A stretch of DNA of 63,138 bases, filler included, from Dugesia japonica (Eukaryota): the NCBI GenBank assembly GCA_001938525.1. It is 6 parts of 6 records of this genome, joined end to end, with 100 filler letters (N's around TTAATTAATTAA, not from the genome) between each part and the next. Parts side by side here need not be neighbours in the genome. Positions count along the whole stretch, not along the records: positions 8,715 to 17,024 come from MQRL01619629.1; positions 17,125 to 26,264 come from MQRL01584142.1; 4 more parts are not named here. One strand, 5' to 3'. The notes beneath the pieces were generated by a model. That model was given only the letters and a program-made list of their open reading frames with translations, was not told the DNA's origin and searched no databases. Made by a program: the position numbers and the translations under genes. Positions 11,861 to 25,855 of this stretch are shown one piece after another; the stretch's first letter is position 1, and each line of letters begins with the position of its first letter.

Positions 11861-14219
11861 CAGTGCACCGCCACCTTTCCTCATCTACGACACATCAAAA
11901 TTCTTCGCAGAATTCTATGGCACACCAAAATCAAAAATATAAATATATTAAGTTGATACTCAAATTTTACAAAAAAAATGTTTTTATTTGAAAGATATAC
12001 ATACATATAACTGTAATATATTAATTTCACACCATTTTAATAATTAATTAATGTGATACTTGTGCTTGTTTCACTGAAATGCGAAAATATTCTTTTTTAA
12101 CGTAAATCCAGAAAGCATCTAATGGAACCTCGGAGAAGTGAAGTTTTAATGTCATGTCATTATTTAAATCTGTGAATTCTTCTCGAATTTGCAGAAGCAG
12201 TGCTTCTGTAGATTTTATTGCATTGGTTGCATAAGAATTTCGAATCCAATCATATTGTTCCGCATTAATGGAATAACAAATATTAATCAAATTTATGCTG
12301 AAAAATACTTAAATGTTCTTGGGCCAGATTCACAATTAACTGTTTGCTTTTAATTGTACTATGTGTTGGTCGATTTGAACATTTCCAAACATCCTTTTTG
12401 CTACTCTTTCTGCCAAAGTTTGAGTTTTTTTCAACCCCTGTAATTTGTCGGAGCTCGGAAATATATTCTCATTTTGAACTTGAATTTGTTATAAAGTTCA
12501 TTCAAATGCTCGAATATATCAGCCATGCATTCAAGTTTAGCTATCCAGTAATCATCATCGATGTGTTGGTATAGTTCGAGCATATTTTGATTTAAAAGAA
12601 ATTCACACACCTCGTGACGAAGCTCAAACAATCTAGCCAAAACTTTGCCTTGGATTAGCCAACAAATTTCAGTATCAAACAATGAGGATTCATATTCAGA
12701 TCCCATTTCTGCACAGAGTATTCTAAAGATTCGCGAATTTAGGGCTCTTGATTTAATTATGTTAACAATTTCAATGCATTTAGTCAAAGTTTTCAAACGT
12801 TCCTCCGGCAAATTCTTCACCATCAATGCTTCTCGATGTATGCAGCAGTGTGTAAATTGTAACGTCGGTATTGTTTTGTTTTACACAAGAGATAAAACCT
12901 TTTTAACTACCCGTCATTGCCGCAGCGCCATCCGTGCAAACAGCAATACAGTTGCTTCATTGAATATTATATTTTTTGAAGAAATTATTGGTTAATTGAA
13001 AGATTTATTCACCGGTAGTTTGCTCTGTAACTTCTTTACAAAATAAATAATTTTCTTTAATAAAGTCCTCGTCAACGAAACGTACAATAGCTATCAGCTG
13101 TGCTTTATTTTAAATATCGGTTGTATCGTCGATCTGAAGTGAAAATATTTATGCTAATAACAGTTTTCTTATCAGTGTTCCTAAAATATTGCCTGACATA
13201 TCGTGAATACGTCTTTTAACAGTATCAGCAGACAACAAAACTTTACTTACTTCCTTAACTTCATTGGTCCCAAGAATAAGTCGAACAATTTCAATGCATG
13301 CTGGTTTAATCAGTGTTTCGCCGATAGTATGTGGTGTCTTCTGACGTGCAATTAATTTTGCAACATGTTAGCTAGCTTCTAAGGTCTTAAGAAACTATAA
13401 TGGCTGATTTCATAAATTTCTTCTGTTTTTTATTTTGTTTAAGAGCTTCTTAAAATATTGTCTCGCTTCCTTGGCGTAGCTGGGATGGTTTGAATTTAGA
13501 TGGCAATTTAATTTACTCGGCACCATTGCCTCATATGATAGATTCTCGCTGCAAATGATGCAAATTGGCTTTGGAGCCGTTTCGTCACAACACCACGAGA
13601 ATCCATATTTACTGTATTCTTCGTCGTACTTTCTTTTCAATATCTTCTTTGGTTTTTTTGCAACACTTGTGCTGGCTGCTTCATCATTTTTACTTGAAGT
13701 TTGATCTTTTCCACGTAAAACTTTATCCATATTTAAAGGGGTATAAAACTAATATATTGATGCGAGTACATATATCACATGAAGAACGCTAACCAACCAC
13801 AATTAAAAGTAATTATAGTTAATGGTAGAAACTTGTTGAGGTAAATTTGTTTTGTTAAAATAGTGATAGCACTACACACGACAATAATAGCGGCGATCGA
13901 ACTTGATGTAACACGTGCTAATGCAGTTTTGCGCATGGGCATGAGTCTTCAGCCACGCACATAAGTGTCATTTTTATTTGTATATGACTAAATTTATTTT
14001 GACCACGGTGTGTACAAAACGCACTACGCAGTTTTCAAAAGTTAGCATCAGGCGTGGGACCATTGACAAATTATTTAGCTATAATTATTGTATATAATCT
14101 AGTATAGATTATATTTTGAAAAATAAGCCATTTTTTAAAAATGATAAATTGTCAAATACAATGCATTTCACCGCGGCACATCCGTATTCGGCTCACGGCA
14201 CACTGGTTCCGGAGGACTG
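11861..14219 (-). mobile_element. hAT transposon, Buster/Charlie type
   Basis: Imperfect TIRs cagtgcaccgccacc / cagtcctccggaacc; perfect 8-bp TSD agatagat (11853-11860, 14220-14227) with central TA. Confidence 0.95.
12048..13730 (-). pseudogene. Buster/Charlie (ZBED5/ZBED8-like) transposase, disrupted
   Basis: RKYDEEYSKYGF, BED-type CIIC...HL..NHP, PHTIGETLIKP, SLQIDDTTDI, CTDGAAAMTG, HCCIHREAL, EVPLDAFW. Confidence 0.93.
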
Positions 14220-15934
14220 AGATAGATAATAAAGATAATCTTAAAATACTATAATAATATGTTAAAGGGGTCTCTACGACCATATTTCATTATTGTAACA
14301 CAGATAATTATATATTGTTGTGCAGTTAATTAATAAAATTAACTGCAACTACCATTGGTCCCGGCACTAATATTTGATGATTTTCTGGTTTTCCAGACGC
14401 TGATTCACTTGGAAAACCAGACAGTAAACACAAAACCATCTACTTGACGACACGAATTTGGAAAATCCAAATTCACTGTCGACCAAACTGTACAGAGTAC
14501 CATAGAAGCAGTGGGTGAACAGCAAAATGAGACTTGCTGTGTACGAATGGTGTGTTAATAGTAGTGCATGTATGCAACAATACAGACAAGAGGAAGAACT
14601 AGCCAATGAGAGAGCAAAATTTTGAAACGGAGGACGATGATTGGTCGAGTAATGAGAACTCACCAATTCATCAATAACGAGAATAATAAAATCACTATGC
14701 AAGAAGGAACATCACTACTTTTTCAAATATCATTTTGTTAATTATTTGACTTAAAGACAATTTTTACTCGCTATTTAAAAGAAAATTTATTAGACGACGA
14801 ATTTAAAGAAAGGAGATATCTGCAAACAGAAATAAAAAGTAATTTTGAAGTTTTAATTGTTATAATCATAAAAATTTGTAAAACTACATACGTAATCCGA
14901 GTGACCCCGAAAACTAGATCGTGCTCCCATTGGTTCATGTCAACAATGCCAAAAATTTACCTGAAATTGAGAATAAAATTGTACCTCCGAAATGCAGACA
15001 ATTTACATGAAACAGACAGTAAAACTTTGTGTCAGAGATGCAAAAATTAAAGATGCGAAAATATCATAAAAAGATGTAACATCAAACTTATCACGAGATG
15101 TAGAAAATTGAGATACTGAAAATGAGATGCAAAAAATCAGTTGCCAAGAAATGAGATACAGAAAATCGAGAATCAGAAAAATGACGTATAAAAAATGAGA
15201 TGCAGAAAATGTCACAATAATCACGAAATTACAGAAAAGTGGTACGAGAGAAATTCGAAATATTATGAGTGTTGAGAGTTGTTATAATATAACTGATGAG
15301 AGAGGTCGGTCACTATCACACATGAGTATCGGTCATTGATTTCTTTTATTTTTTCATTATGGTTTACAGTAAATTGGTTATTTTAATATTTTTCTATTAT
15401 AAATAAACGTTAGTATTCGAAATTAATTTCACATTGAATTAAAATTGTTTTTTTAAATTATATTTTACAATAATTAGTTAGTAATTCGGTTTAATTTTGA
15501 TAGATAGGTAAATTTATTCAAGGTGAATTTTCATTAAAATAGGATTAATTTTAATTTCCTTTCCTTTAAAGTAATTCGTATAGAGACAAACACATTTATC
15601 TTTAATAGATAATAATGATTTTATCCTACATTTTTTTTCTTTTTATTTATTAAGTAATTCCAAAGAAAAGTTGTTTGCTTTTGTGTTTGTGTTTTTCACG
15701 AGTCTCAATTGTAGCAATTCTCTAGTTTTGAGTTGGAGAATAAATGAGTCAAGGAATTTCTTGTGAGAGCTCCGTAGAGGTTCGAACGAGAGAAGATGGG
15801 GAAAACTGCCTCAGCTTTTCTCGTTTTGATCCCAGGAGTGTTGGACGAAGACCTGACAGGGCAAAGGCCGAAGAATCGTTATAAAATTGATTCAATTTTA
15901 AATGTATTTCGTGTTTGATTTACTATATTAATAG

Positions 15935-17020
15935 AATTAAATGTCTGGAATGAGAAAAGATTACCGGAAATTAAAGGAATACATTTGGTCATACATTAAT
16001 AAATCGGGCTAATATTACCTCGAGTGGCGGGAAGTGCAACAAATGCTGAGAGAACGAGAACATCAGATGGAGGAACGACTATTGAAATTACTGGCAGATC
16101 TCAAGGTACAGGGATTACAACTAGCCTCAAAAGATAGTTACATCAAGTCACTGGTACGTCAGTGGGACGAATGGGTCACGATGTACAAGGAAGCAATAAA
16201 GGATCCATCACGGTAAGACAATTATTACACTGAAGACGTGATAAAATGACAGGCATTAAAAGACGAGCCAGGGGAAAAGGAGGAGAAAATGCGGATCTTA
16301 CGTGAGTTGATNGCCTGAGCGGTTCTATTCAACAAATCACTTTTAATGAATAAACTAATTTTAAGTCTAATATTGTGTTGGTTTTATATGTGAATAGAGT
16401 GATATGTAAGTCAATTCCTGAAATGTCAAAAGGTCAATTTCTGAAGAAGACTAAGTTGAAATATCAAATTGCTATAAATACCAAATTAAAAAAAACAATT
16501 TTGATCGAAGCTTTTATTTTAAATGAATATAAGTCATTATAAAAGGAAAATGTGTCAATCTGATTCTTTAACGTGTGTCTGGAAGAGGCCTGGATTGTAA
16601 AAAAATAATATTTTGTGCCAATGAGTTTACTAATTATTGATGAAATTAATTTGATTAATTAATTAATAAAATTAATGGATTAAGGACACGGCTACGGTAT
16701 TTATTTTAATGCGTTGCTGTCAGATGGATTTAATTTAACATTTTTTTGTTTAGTGAATAAATCTAACTGAGTATTAACTCAACAAACTCAACGGAAGGAG
16801 TTATTGAACGCACAGAAACGATGGACAGAAAAGTGTAGGGAACTGCGAAACGAAAGATTGCAGTTAAAGGGGCAAGCATGAAAATCAGCATCGAAATAAT
16901 CCCAGTTAAAACAGAAAGAACTATCCGTACAACAAGCAAACCGCCTCATAGCAAACCTAATATAGATTAACGCCGACCGTAAAGCAGTGGTGTTTAATAC
17001 ATTCAGAACGTTATGGCTAA
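15935..17020 (+). pseudogene. Degenerate coiled-coil coding segments of unknown origin (~15935-16310 and ~16755-17020)
   Basis: E/K/R/L/Q-rich readings (QQMLREREHQMEERLLKLLADLK; QKRWTEKCRELRNERLQLK) with stops, after AG acceptor-like sites. Confidence 0.35.
16435..16471 (+). ncRNA. Minimal type I hammerhead ribozyme motif within a ~100-bp dispersed repeat
   Basis: caattt-CTGAAGA-a-gac-taa-gtt-GAAA-ta-TC-aaattg; helix I caattt/aaattg. Confidence 0.75.
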
Positions 17021-17765
17021 ATAANNNNNNNNNNNNNNNNNNNNNNNNNNNNNNNNNNNNNNNNNNNNTTAATTAATTAANNNNNNNNNNNNNNNNNNNN
17101 NNNNNNNNNNNNNNNNNNNNNNNNTTTTTTATTTCCTTTTTTCAACTGCAAAAAACTAGTAGCAAAATGAATTGTGCCAAATATATTCAATGCCAGTAAT
17201 TTCTAAGAATTAGTAATGTTAAATAAACTTTCTTAATATTTGATGATAATAGAAGATAGGAAAATATTTAATATTTTATTTTATGTATATTTTAGAACCA
17301 TGCTCATTATACACCAATTATTGTGTGAATGAGGCTCACAATGGAGACTNTCATAGTATTATAGAAAAATACTATGGTCAGTGTTTTTTGGGAAAATGTA
17401 TTATATATCTCCAACATGTAAAACAATAGGTACAAACACATATACAAATGATTACATATTGAATGCAGAGCATATAGGACCATTTACCCAGAATAAGAAA
17501 AAATTAATAAAAAAACATATTAAATGAACCTCAAGCTAAGAGAAGAATAAAGGAAGCAGTTGATGACTATATAGTTTCAGATTATGAAGATCCGGCAGCA
17601 ATGGATGTTATGAAAGTTCATGAAGAAAGAGAAGTTATGTTTGAAACGGAATTTTAAAACGAATCAGATTACAAAATTACACCACCACAGCTATTTGAAA
17701 TTGATTGTGATCATTTCCAGATCATAAACGAGTTAGACGAGGAAGATATAGTTTTACAAGCTTGC

Positions 17766-19027
17766 ATGGATGCTGAAGAACAGGAACGTATTGGTGGTGC
17801 GAAAAATACTGTTGTTGAAGATGATAATATTTTCCTGCAAGAATTTATTTATGCAGAAGAAAATAATCAAGTTGTTGGTGTATTAAATCTCGCTGTTTCT
17901 AATGAAGATGTAGTTATCAAAAAGTATTTATATCGTTGCTACCAAATAATTAAAATAAATACATCAAGTTTGAACACAAATCAAATTTTGCTACCGGAAA
18001 ATTTGATCGTCCAACTACTTAAGATAATAGAAGAGTTGGAAGAAGTAAAAATTCAATTTGACATTGACGTTGAATTTATAAAGGATGACGAGATAAAAAC
18101 TTGCTTCATATCATATCGAGCTATTCCTTTAAACGAAAACTTTTTTGATGATGAAATAAAGCAACTGAATGAATAGAATAGAATAAAAGAGCGAACTCGG
18201 TTCCAGTTGGATACTGAGCAGGATTTTAAGAATAAATTTTAAAATCACAAAGGTAGCAACCATCAACAGACTGTCGGGCAATAGTTACATACCGACGCCA
18301 GTCAATCTAAAAAAGAAACGTGCAGTGGTTAATATTAAAAATGAAGATAATAAATGCTTTATTTACAGCATTTTAGCTATTCTCATAAAAGATCGAGTTG
18401 ATAGGAAATGTAGAAATAGAACATGAAAAATATATGTCAGAGTTGAAGTTTGAAGAAACAGACATGCCAATAAAATTAGATAATATTCAGAAATTCGAAA
18501 GAAAAAATCCAGGACTTTCAATTAATGTACTTTTGTGGAATTCAAATGATGTTGAAGATGATGATGAAGAGGTTTACAAACATCCCAATTCAGATATAAT
18601 TCACACGTCTAGAGTAGATAACGGTCAGAAAATCTATTTATTGATGCTAGAAGATGACAACAAGTACCATTACACGGCTGATATGGATCTGAACAGACTG
18701 TTAAATCAAGATACGAAAGGAGAAGGTGTAATAATAAGATCAAATTGGTGTTCAAATTGTTTAAATAGATTTAGGCATGAATTAGCATTTGAGAAGCATG
18801 TGATAATTTGTGAGAAAATCCAAACCGGTACAACTCTATATACCATGCCGCCAGAGAAAGATTTAGAGTTTAAGGATTTCTCTAAATGTCTGACACCACC
18901 ATTCGTAGTATATGCTGATTTTGAATTAGTTCTTCCACCAGATAATGTATACTTTGAAATACATATGCCGGTTTCAGCAAGAACGCTATTAGTAAATAAC
19001 TTTACTAACCAAACAATATACAAGTAA
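17766..19027 (+). pseudogene. Maverick/Polinton-type PolB, N-terminal region up to the exonuclease I motif
   Basis: GSSW.L..I, SGNSYIPTP..LKKKRAVVNIKNEDNKCFIYSIL, MPIKLDNIQKFERKNPGLSINV, CSNCL...HVIIC zinc finger, PFVVYADFE. Confidence 0.88.
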
Positions 19028-19729
19028 ACTTAAAAAGCTAATGTTAACACATTACCCTAAAACTAATTATGTATTGCACTGGAAACTTTTACAAATAAAT
19101 ATAAGGTTGGGAGTAAAGGTTACAGAGGTCCATAGAGTGGTAAGATTTACTCAAGCTCGTATATTCGTATATTTATTATTATTATTAGGTTTGTTTGTTT
19201 TCTTCTTCATTTAAATCAACTAAAATAAGACTTTTGATTTAATACTTTATTTAAAATAAAAATAATTCTTATTTGAAATTCTTCTTGCTTTTTTATTGTC
19301 TTTCCCAATTTATATTTTTAAATAATAATAAACTTAAACAAATTTATTATACTTATTAAAAATATATTTTGCAAATATAAAACTTTCGAATTTAAAATAA
19401 TTTAAAAATAAAACTATAAAATCTAATTATTAAACTTTTCACTAAATATTTACATTTAAAAACTTTTGTAAATAAATATTCTTATAAAGCTTTTCAATTA
19501 AATTTTAAATTTACATTTTAAAAGTTTAAACTGTATAATAATATTAAACATTGATTTTAATAAAATACTTATTGCATTAAATTTTAAAAATAATTAAAAA
19601 TTTACCTATTTTTAAAATTACTTTATTATTATTNNNNNNNNNNNNNNNNNNNNNNNNNNNNNNNNNNNNNNNNNNNNNNNNNNNNNNNNNNNNNNNNNNN
19701 NNNNNNNNNNNNNNNNNNNNNNNNNNNNC

Positions 19730-21142
19730 GACAAGTAGACTGGAAGTAAAAAATTGTCGTCAAAAAAGAAAGCGAAGCATTCAGACCTAAGAAAACATAG
19801 TTCAGTGAAAGAAGGAAATAATTAAAAAGAAAATCAAGATTTGCAGTTAAAACCAATGAAATAACCGAAATTACAACAAGAAACAACTCAGAAATAAGTA
19901 AACCAAGGAAGAAAAGAAGTAATAGAAGCTGTGGCAGGACGAAAAAATAATAATGAATAACCATCATTTCATTCGGCAAAATCAAGATAATCACATTGAA
20001 TTATACTGGAAGAAAGAAAGAATTAACTAAATTAATTAATAAATAGAAGAAAAACAATGAAATAAAATTAAAATAAATCAGAAACAACAAAGAAATGAGC
20101 ACTTAATGAAGATGTACAACGAAAATAAAATAAATAATTTATTTTATTTAAATAAAATAAATCATAAGAATTAAAATGGTTTATTTTAAATAGAAAATAA
20201 AAGTTTCTACAAAAATTAAGAAAAGTAGGACTTCTAGTGGTGCCAAAATTATTAATTCAGAAATTATGATCAAGAAAAAATCGGGAAATTCGAAAATTAA
20301 GGTTAGAAAATCATGTCAAGGATGGGAAAGAAGTTATAAGGGTTTGAAGATTGACCAATAATGTTGAAATCCTAAAATAACCACCAATAAAAAGAAAGCA
20401 TGTGACCATCTGGCCAATAAAAACGCCAAGAATTTATATCCTACCAATGAATGGAACGAGGATGTAAAGAGAAACAGTATAAATACCGTTCAAATTTTAG
20501 ACAACTGACCACCAAAAAAATAATTCTTAAGTGAAAACTCATACACAACCAAACCTCGAAGAAAAAAGCAATATTAATCAATCTTTATTATTGGAAAAAT
20601 TACCGAAGATCGAGAATATCCACGGTAAATATTTAACCATATAAAATTTGGGTTGCAACGATTTTTGACTCAGAAGAATCTACAAAAATGGGTAGAGAAA
20701 GTAGCAAATGAACTCACCCCGATGTGCTTGCTCCGGATCGAGTTTGCAGTCCATGTTAGTTTATTTTTATTCATGTAATTCTAATGTAACGGGTGGAATT
20801 CATAATAATATAACTTTTCACAACCGGATTTTCCTTTTATTTAATATGGTTTTATTTTATTCCTTTATTAAACTGANNNNNNNNNNNNAAATCAACTGAG
20901 TAGTTATCAAAATTTAGCGAGTACTACGAAATATGAATCCAAACCAAAGGGGTGCGAGTCTGTACTAGAGCTACGAGTCAACGGCTTCATTCTGAAGATC
21001 TGGATTTTTTGGGGGACACCAGATTAAAATTCATCGCGGGGTTTTACCAGGTCAATTACCTTAGACTAAATTTCATATAAAGTTTCACCCTCTTAGATGT
21101 AATAATATAATAAATCAACCCACCTAGGGTAAAACCCCAACA
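19730..21142 (+). mobile_element. Long 5' LTR (5' end in gap) of an LTR retroelement
   Basis: Clustered CCAAT boxes at 20350-20450, gtataaata at ~20478, terminus gggtaaaaccccAACA followed by a PBS. Confidence 0.65.
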
Positions 21143-21148
21143 TGAATT

Positions 21149-21166
21149 TGGGGTCTCATCCTGGAT
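21149..21166 (+). promoter_or_regulatory. tRNA-Pro primer-binding site
   Basis: TGGGGTCTCATCCTGGAT matches TGGGGGCTCGTCCGGGAT at 15/18, 6 nt after the LTR-terminal CA. Confidence 0.7.
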
Positions 21167-22275
21167 TATTTGAATAAAAGTTTCTATGTCATCGCCAAGG
21201 TGTAAATAATGCTATATTACGAAGCCTATAGGAGTGTTGTATCTTAAATAATAATATGAATTCGACTACATTAATCCCTAGACGGTAGTATCATTACCAG
21301 CTGAAGTGTATTTCGGGCACAGTATATTTGAAGTCTTGGAATAAATGAGTTGAACCTTTTCACTATTAAATACTGTAAAAGATTTCATAATTCTTTTTAA
21401 AAAAATCTTTAATCCTCAAAACCTATTAGCATCTATCATCATGTTTATCTAAGTTGTTAAGTATATACGAGTTAAAGTATAAGTGAGTTAAACCTTGCTA
21501 CAATCATTCAAAGTATTTGTACAGAAATGCCAAAGGTAGCCCGATAAATTATAACTCCAGTTATTTAACACTTATTTATAAAACAATAAACAGGTTGTAA
21601 TTATTAATCAAACAACTTTGCCAAATTATCCATATCAATGAGAATTAACATAAAAATATATAATCCTTAAAGCAAGACAAAAAACTAAAAGTTATTATTA
21701 TAATTAATAAAAAGATAAGACACGTTAATCTCTTCGATTATTACAATATAAAAGAAAATAACAACCAATAATTATGGCCCCGAAGTGGACCGTTGTTCAT
21801 TCTCGTTTCATCCAGCTTGGCAATCTAAAAATACACATCTTGACCTTCGATAAATATATACCTTCTGCTAAATCCATTATTATCTACATAACTATTTATT
21901 AAAATTAAAACCCAAATAAATGTTACTTAAATTATGAAATAGGTTATGGATTAACAATTTTCCCGAAGGTAAAATCAGACAAAAGACGAAAATATTAAAT
22001 TTGGTATTTCTTCATCCGAATAATTTGACTATATTACCTAAAGGAATCCAATTAAATTTTGATAAAAGGGATCAATGCAGCTACTTACGATTAATTATAG
22101 TATTTCAAGAGTTTTAGTATTAATTTTAATTATGATTTTAAATTTAAAATAAAATTTAACGACATGGCCGGAAAATAATAAATGAGCCGAATAAACAATC
22201 GAGCAATTTAATAATAGGTAAATAACATACAATTGAGAATAAATTGAGTATATTAACCAATATTAAGAAAAAAGT

Positions 22276-22312
22276 CAATTCCTGATGAAGACAAGGTCGA
22301 AATATCGAATTG
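22276..22312 (+). ncRNA. Minimal type I hammerhead ribozyme motif (best-preserved copy)
   Basis: caattc-CTGATGA-a-gac-aag-gtc-GAAA-ta-TC-gaattg: intact core, 6-bp helix I, 3-bp helix II, palindromic AUAU helix III, AUC cleavage triplet. Confidence 0.82.
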
Positions 22313-22849
22313 TTATCAAATATCAATAAAAAAGAAAAAAAACCAAAATTTTGATCAAACCTTTGATATTAAATATTAAGTAATGTTAAAATAAAATTCA
22401 ATAATAGAAATAAATGAAAATAAATACGATGCGGTTAAGAGGAAGTTAATAATAATAAAATTAATATGGATTAATGAAATTAACGCAAACTTGGAATAAC
22501 GTAAACACTTTAAGAAATTACAAATAAGTTTAAAAAAAATTAAAAACAGGGTGAAGTATGAGAGTAAGGACAAAATCAAAGTAGATTAGGAATCTTGTAA
22601 CCAAAATAAATTAAAGTCAAAATAAATTAAGAAAATAAGGATAAAATTAAAAGCAAATTAAGAACATTAATCAAAATGAAGATATGTTATTATGATTATA
22701 TTGCGAATTCAAGTAAAATTTAATTAAATTAAGATCAACGGGAATGAAATAGATTCAGATTAATGAAATTAAAATGAATAAAGTTAATTAGGAACATTAA
22801 AATTAAGAATAAATTAGGAAATCACGATTGAAGTAAAGAATAATAAAGT

Positions 22850-23500
22850 TAAAGTAATTAAGAAGTTAAAATAAGCAATCAAGGAATTAAAATAAGAAAT
22901 TAAGAAGGATTAAAATAATTAAGAAATTACGGTAATAAATTAAGAAAATGAAAGTGATTAATAAGTTAAAGTAAGGAAAGTAGAAATTAGAATAATTAAT
23001 AAATAAAAGTAAGGAATTACAGTAAAAAATTAAGAAATAAACATAATTAAGATATTAAAGTTGGAAATTAGAGTAATTAAGAAATAAAAATAAGCAATCA
23101 AGGAATTAAAATAAGAAATTAAAAATGATTAAAATAATTAAGAAATTAAAGTAATAAATTAAGAAAATGAAAGCGATTAATAAGTTAAAGTAAGGAAAGT
23201 AGAAATTAGAATAATTAATAAATAAAAGTAAGGAATTACAGTAAGAAATTAACATAATTAAGATATTAAAGTTGGAAATTAGAGTAATTAAGAAGTTAAA
23301 ATAAGCAATCAAGGAATTAAAATAAGAAATTAAAAAGGATTAAAGTAATTAAGAAATTGAGGTAATAAATAAAGAAAATGAAAGCAATTAATAAGTTAAA
23401 GTAAGGAAATTAGAAATTAGAAATTAGAATAATTATTAAATAAAAGTAAGAAATTACCGTAAGAAATCAAGAAATTAACATAATTAGGATATTAAAGTAA
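22850..23500. repeat. Tandem repeat with ~210-220-bp unit (3 copies) in an A-rich, C-poor tract
   Basis: taagcaatcaaggaattaaaataagaaatt at 22872, 23091 and 23302. Confidence 0.9.
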
Positions 23501-25855
23501 GAACTTAAAGTAAGAAAAAATTAGAATAATTAATAATAATAGGAAATTAAAGTAAGAAATCAAAAAAGTAAAGCAAGTAGGATATTAAAGTAAGAAATAA
23601 TTAAGAAATTAAAGTTAGAAATTAAGGAAAGGAAAGTGATTAATAAGTTAAAGAAAGNTAAGAAATTGAAATAGGAAACTAAGAAAGTAAGTAATTAAAT
23701 TAAAGGATTAAGAAATATTTAATATGGTTCTTCACGTGTAATCAAAAAGTAAATTGAAGATGGAAAAGCAGTAAGGCATGCCACGTTTGAAGTTAGCCTG
23801 CACGGAGAAAGAGTACTCTATTATTTTTGACACGGGTGGCGTAATAAGTCCTTCTGCGATAAGGGATCCAAGTAATCATCAATATTGAGTTGGAGGTTGT
23901 GAAATTGGTCTGATCAACCAGACTTCTAAGTTACGATCGGCTTAGTTGTCCGCAACAAAGAACCAGTCAAGTATTTATGATTCTTACAAAAAAGAGGTAA
24001 CGATCGGGAGTGGATGATCACCAGGTTGAAATGTCAGGTAAACTGACTACTCAGGATCTGCAAAGATAATCTAGACGTCCACGGAACAAATCACGTGCTG
24101 GACTGATACGGCGAGATCTGATCAAGAAACGTCGACCCGGCCCGATTGAGACTGCTGGTATATCGACTACGTCATAACGGTAATAGCTACCTAAATTGCG
24201 CTTACGGTAGACCAGGGCGAAAGCCAAATCAGTAAAGATTTTGAAAGAAATGGTTCATTGGTGCATCCTTATGATTAAAAGATTGAGTACATATAAAACG
24301 ATAATAACACATGGCATATTAAAATTATATAAAAAGAATTTTTTGTGTATAATAATTTAGAAAATAAAAAAGATAATGACTGCCCTAACTGAGGAAATTA
24401 AAAGGAAAAATAAAAGAGGATTGATAAAGAACCCAGTTGGAATGAACAGAAAAGATAACGCTATTCACTGGGGCATATGAGGAACGAAGAGATGATTATG
24501 GTTCAAGAAACTTTGACGAGGAAAATATAGTAGCAAAACGAATGTTGATATTAACCGATTTTGTTAACTACGATACTTTAACTAGATGTAGTATTTAAAA
24601 GAATGCTAAACAAATTTTACTTAAGCAATTGCGATTAAATAAAGCATAGTAGCTACAAGACAGAATATGATTAAATGATTAAACAAAGATGTTGATAACC
24701 CAAACCTTCAGAGGATTTTTCATGATTATAGTTACGTTATAATCACAGTGCAAATAAGAATGCACTTTAAATAAATTTGGAAGTTTCTAGAATTAGAATG
24801 GTCAGTGGAAGAATGTGATGAGTATAGATGATTAGCGGATTCTAAAGAAATGAATTTTGAGCAAATATAATTATGACTTTAATAGTAAAAGGAGGGCCCT
24901 GGTTAAATACGATGTTAGTTAAGAAAGAGATTTCAATGGAATACAATTACGACTCAGGTATTTATTAGGTTTTACCTCGAGGTGTTTTAATGGAACACGA
25001 CTATGATATAGTTATTACATAACGTGACTAAGGCTCAACTGTTAAAAAAAACATGTTAACAAAGTAAAAAAGACAATGACGTGAATAATTGTAAATCTGG
25101 AGCCGGGCTAAATTTAAATGAATAAAACGCTAAAATGTAAACTCCAAGGAAATTTGTCACATTAACCAATAAATAGAACGTACCCCGTTGCGGGAGAAAT
25201 TGACAGGCAATGCATGTAAACTAGAAGTACTAGGGTAATTAACAGCACTATTCGAGTTAATTAATAAAAGGTTATATAAAGTACATTTTCATCAAATCCA
25301 TAAAACCTAATTATTACCAATCTAAATAGATTGTGTAATATTTTACAAACAGAATACAAAGAGCCTTTCATGAAAGATTATATTTTACAAGAATATCCAT
25401 AAACCAAGAACACAGAAAAAGTAATAACGAAGAGTTTACAAAGAACAGAACTTAGTAAAAGTAATTATTCTCACAAAAAGTAAATTCTCTACAAAATTAA
25501 AAAAACAAATATTATTGGGTAGGTAAGAAATTATATATAAAATACCAAAAACATAAAAGTTATAAAAGGCGTATCCTACTTCTGGTGGCATTATAACATG
25601 CAGTAATAGCAGCATTATATGATGGTATTGGGTGTGACTCAGAAATAAAATCAAAAGTAGCTAAAGCAGAAGCATGACTAAAGAATAAAATGAAAAATGT
25701 AGTATAGAACTAGAAAAACAAAAATTACAAATTGATCTGCAGAAATCTTATTATAAAATCTTACTGAAACCAAACGACTCTTCTCTATTCAATTAAATCA
25801 AATTAAGTTGCATTCGAAAAAGTAAATTCATTTATTTGGACTGTCCGGCCACATT

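Noticed and set aside
15293-15330. CTGATGA as a hammerhead core (also at 4198 and 30648)
   Set aside because: No helix II plus GAAA and no closing helix I; the latter two lie in PolB and mariner coding sequence
22376-23312. Hydrophobic minus-strand ORFs as membrane or mitochondrial proteins
   Set aside because: Translation of A-rich repeat sequence; no conserved motifs
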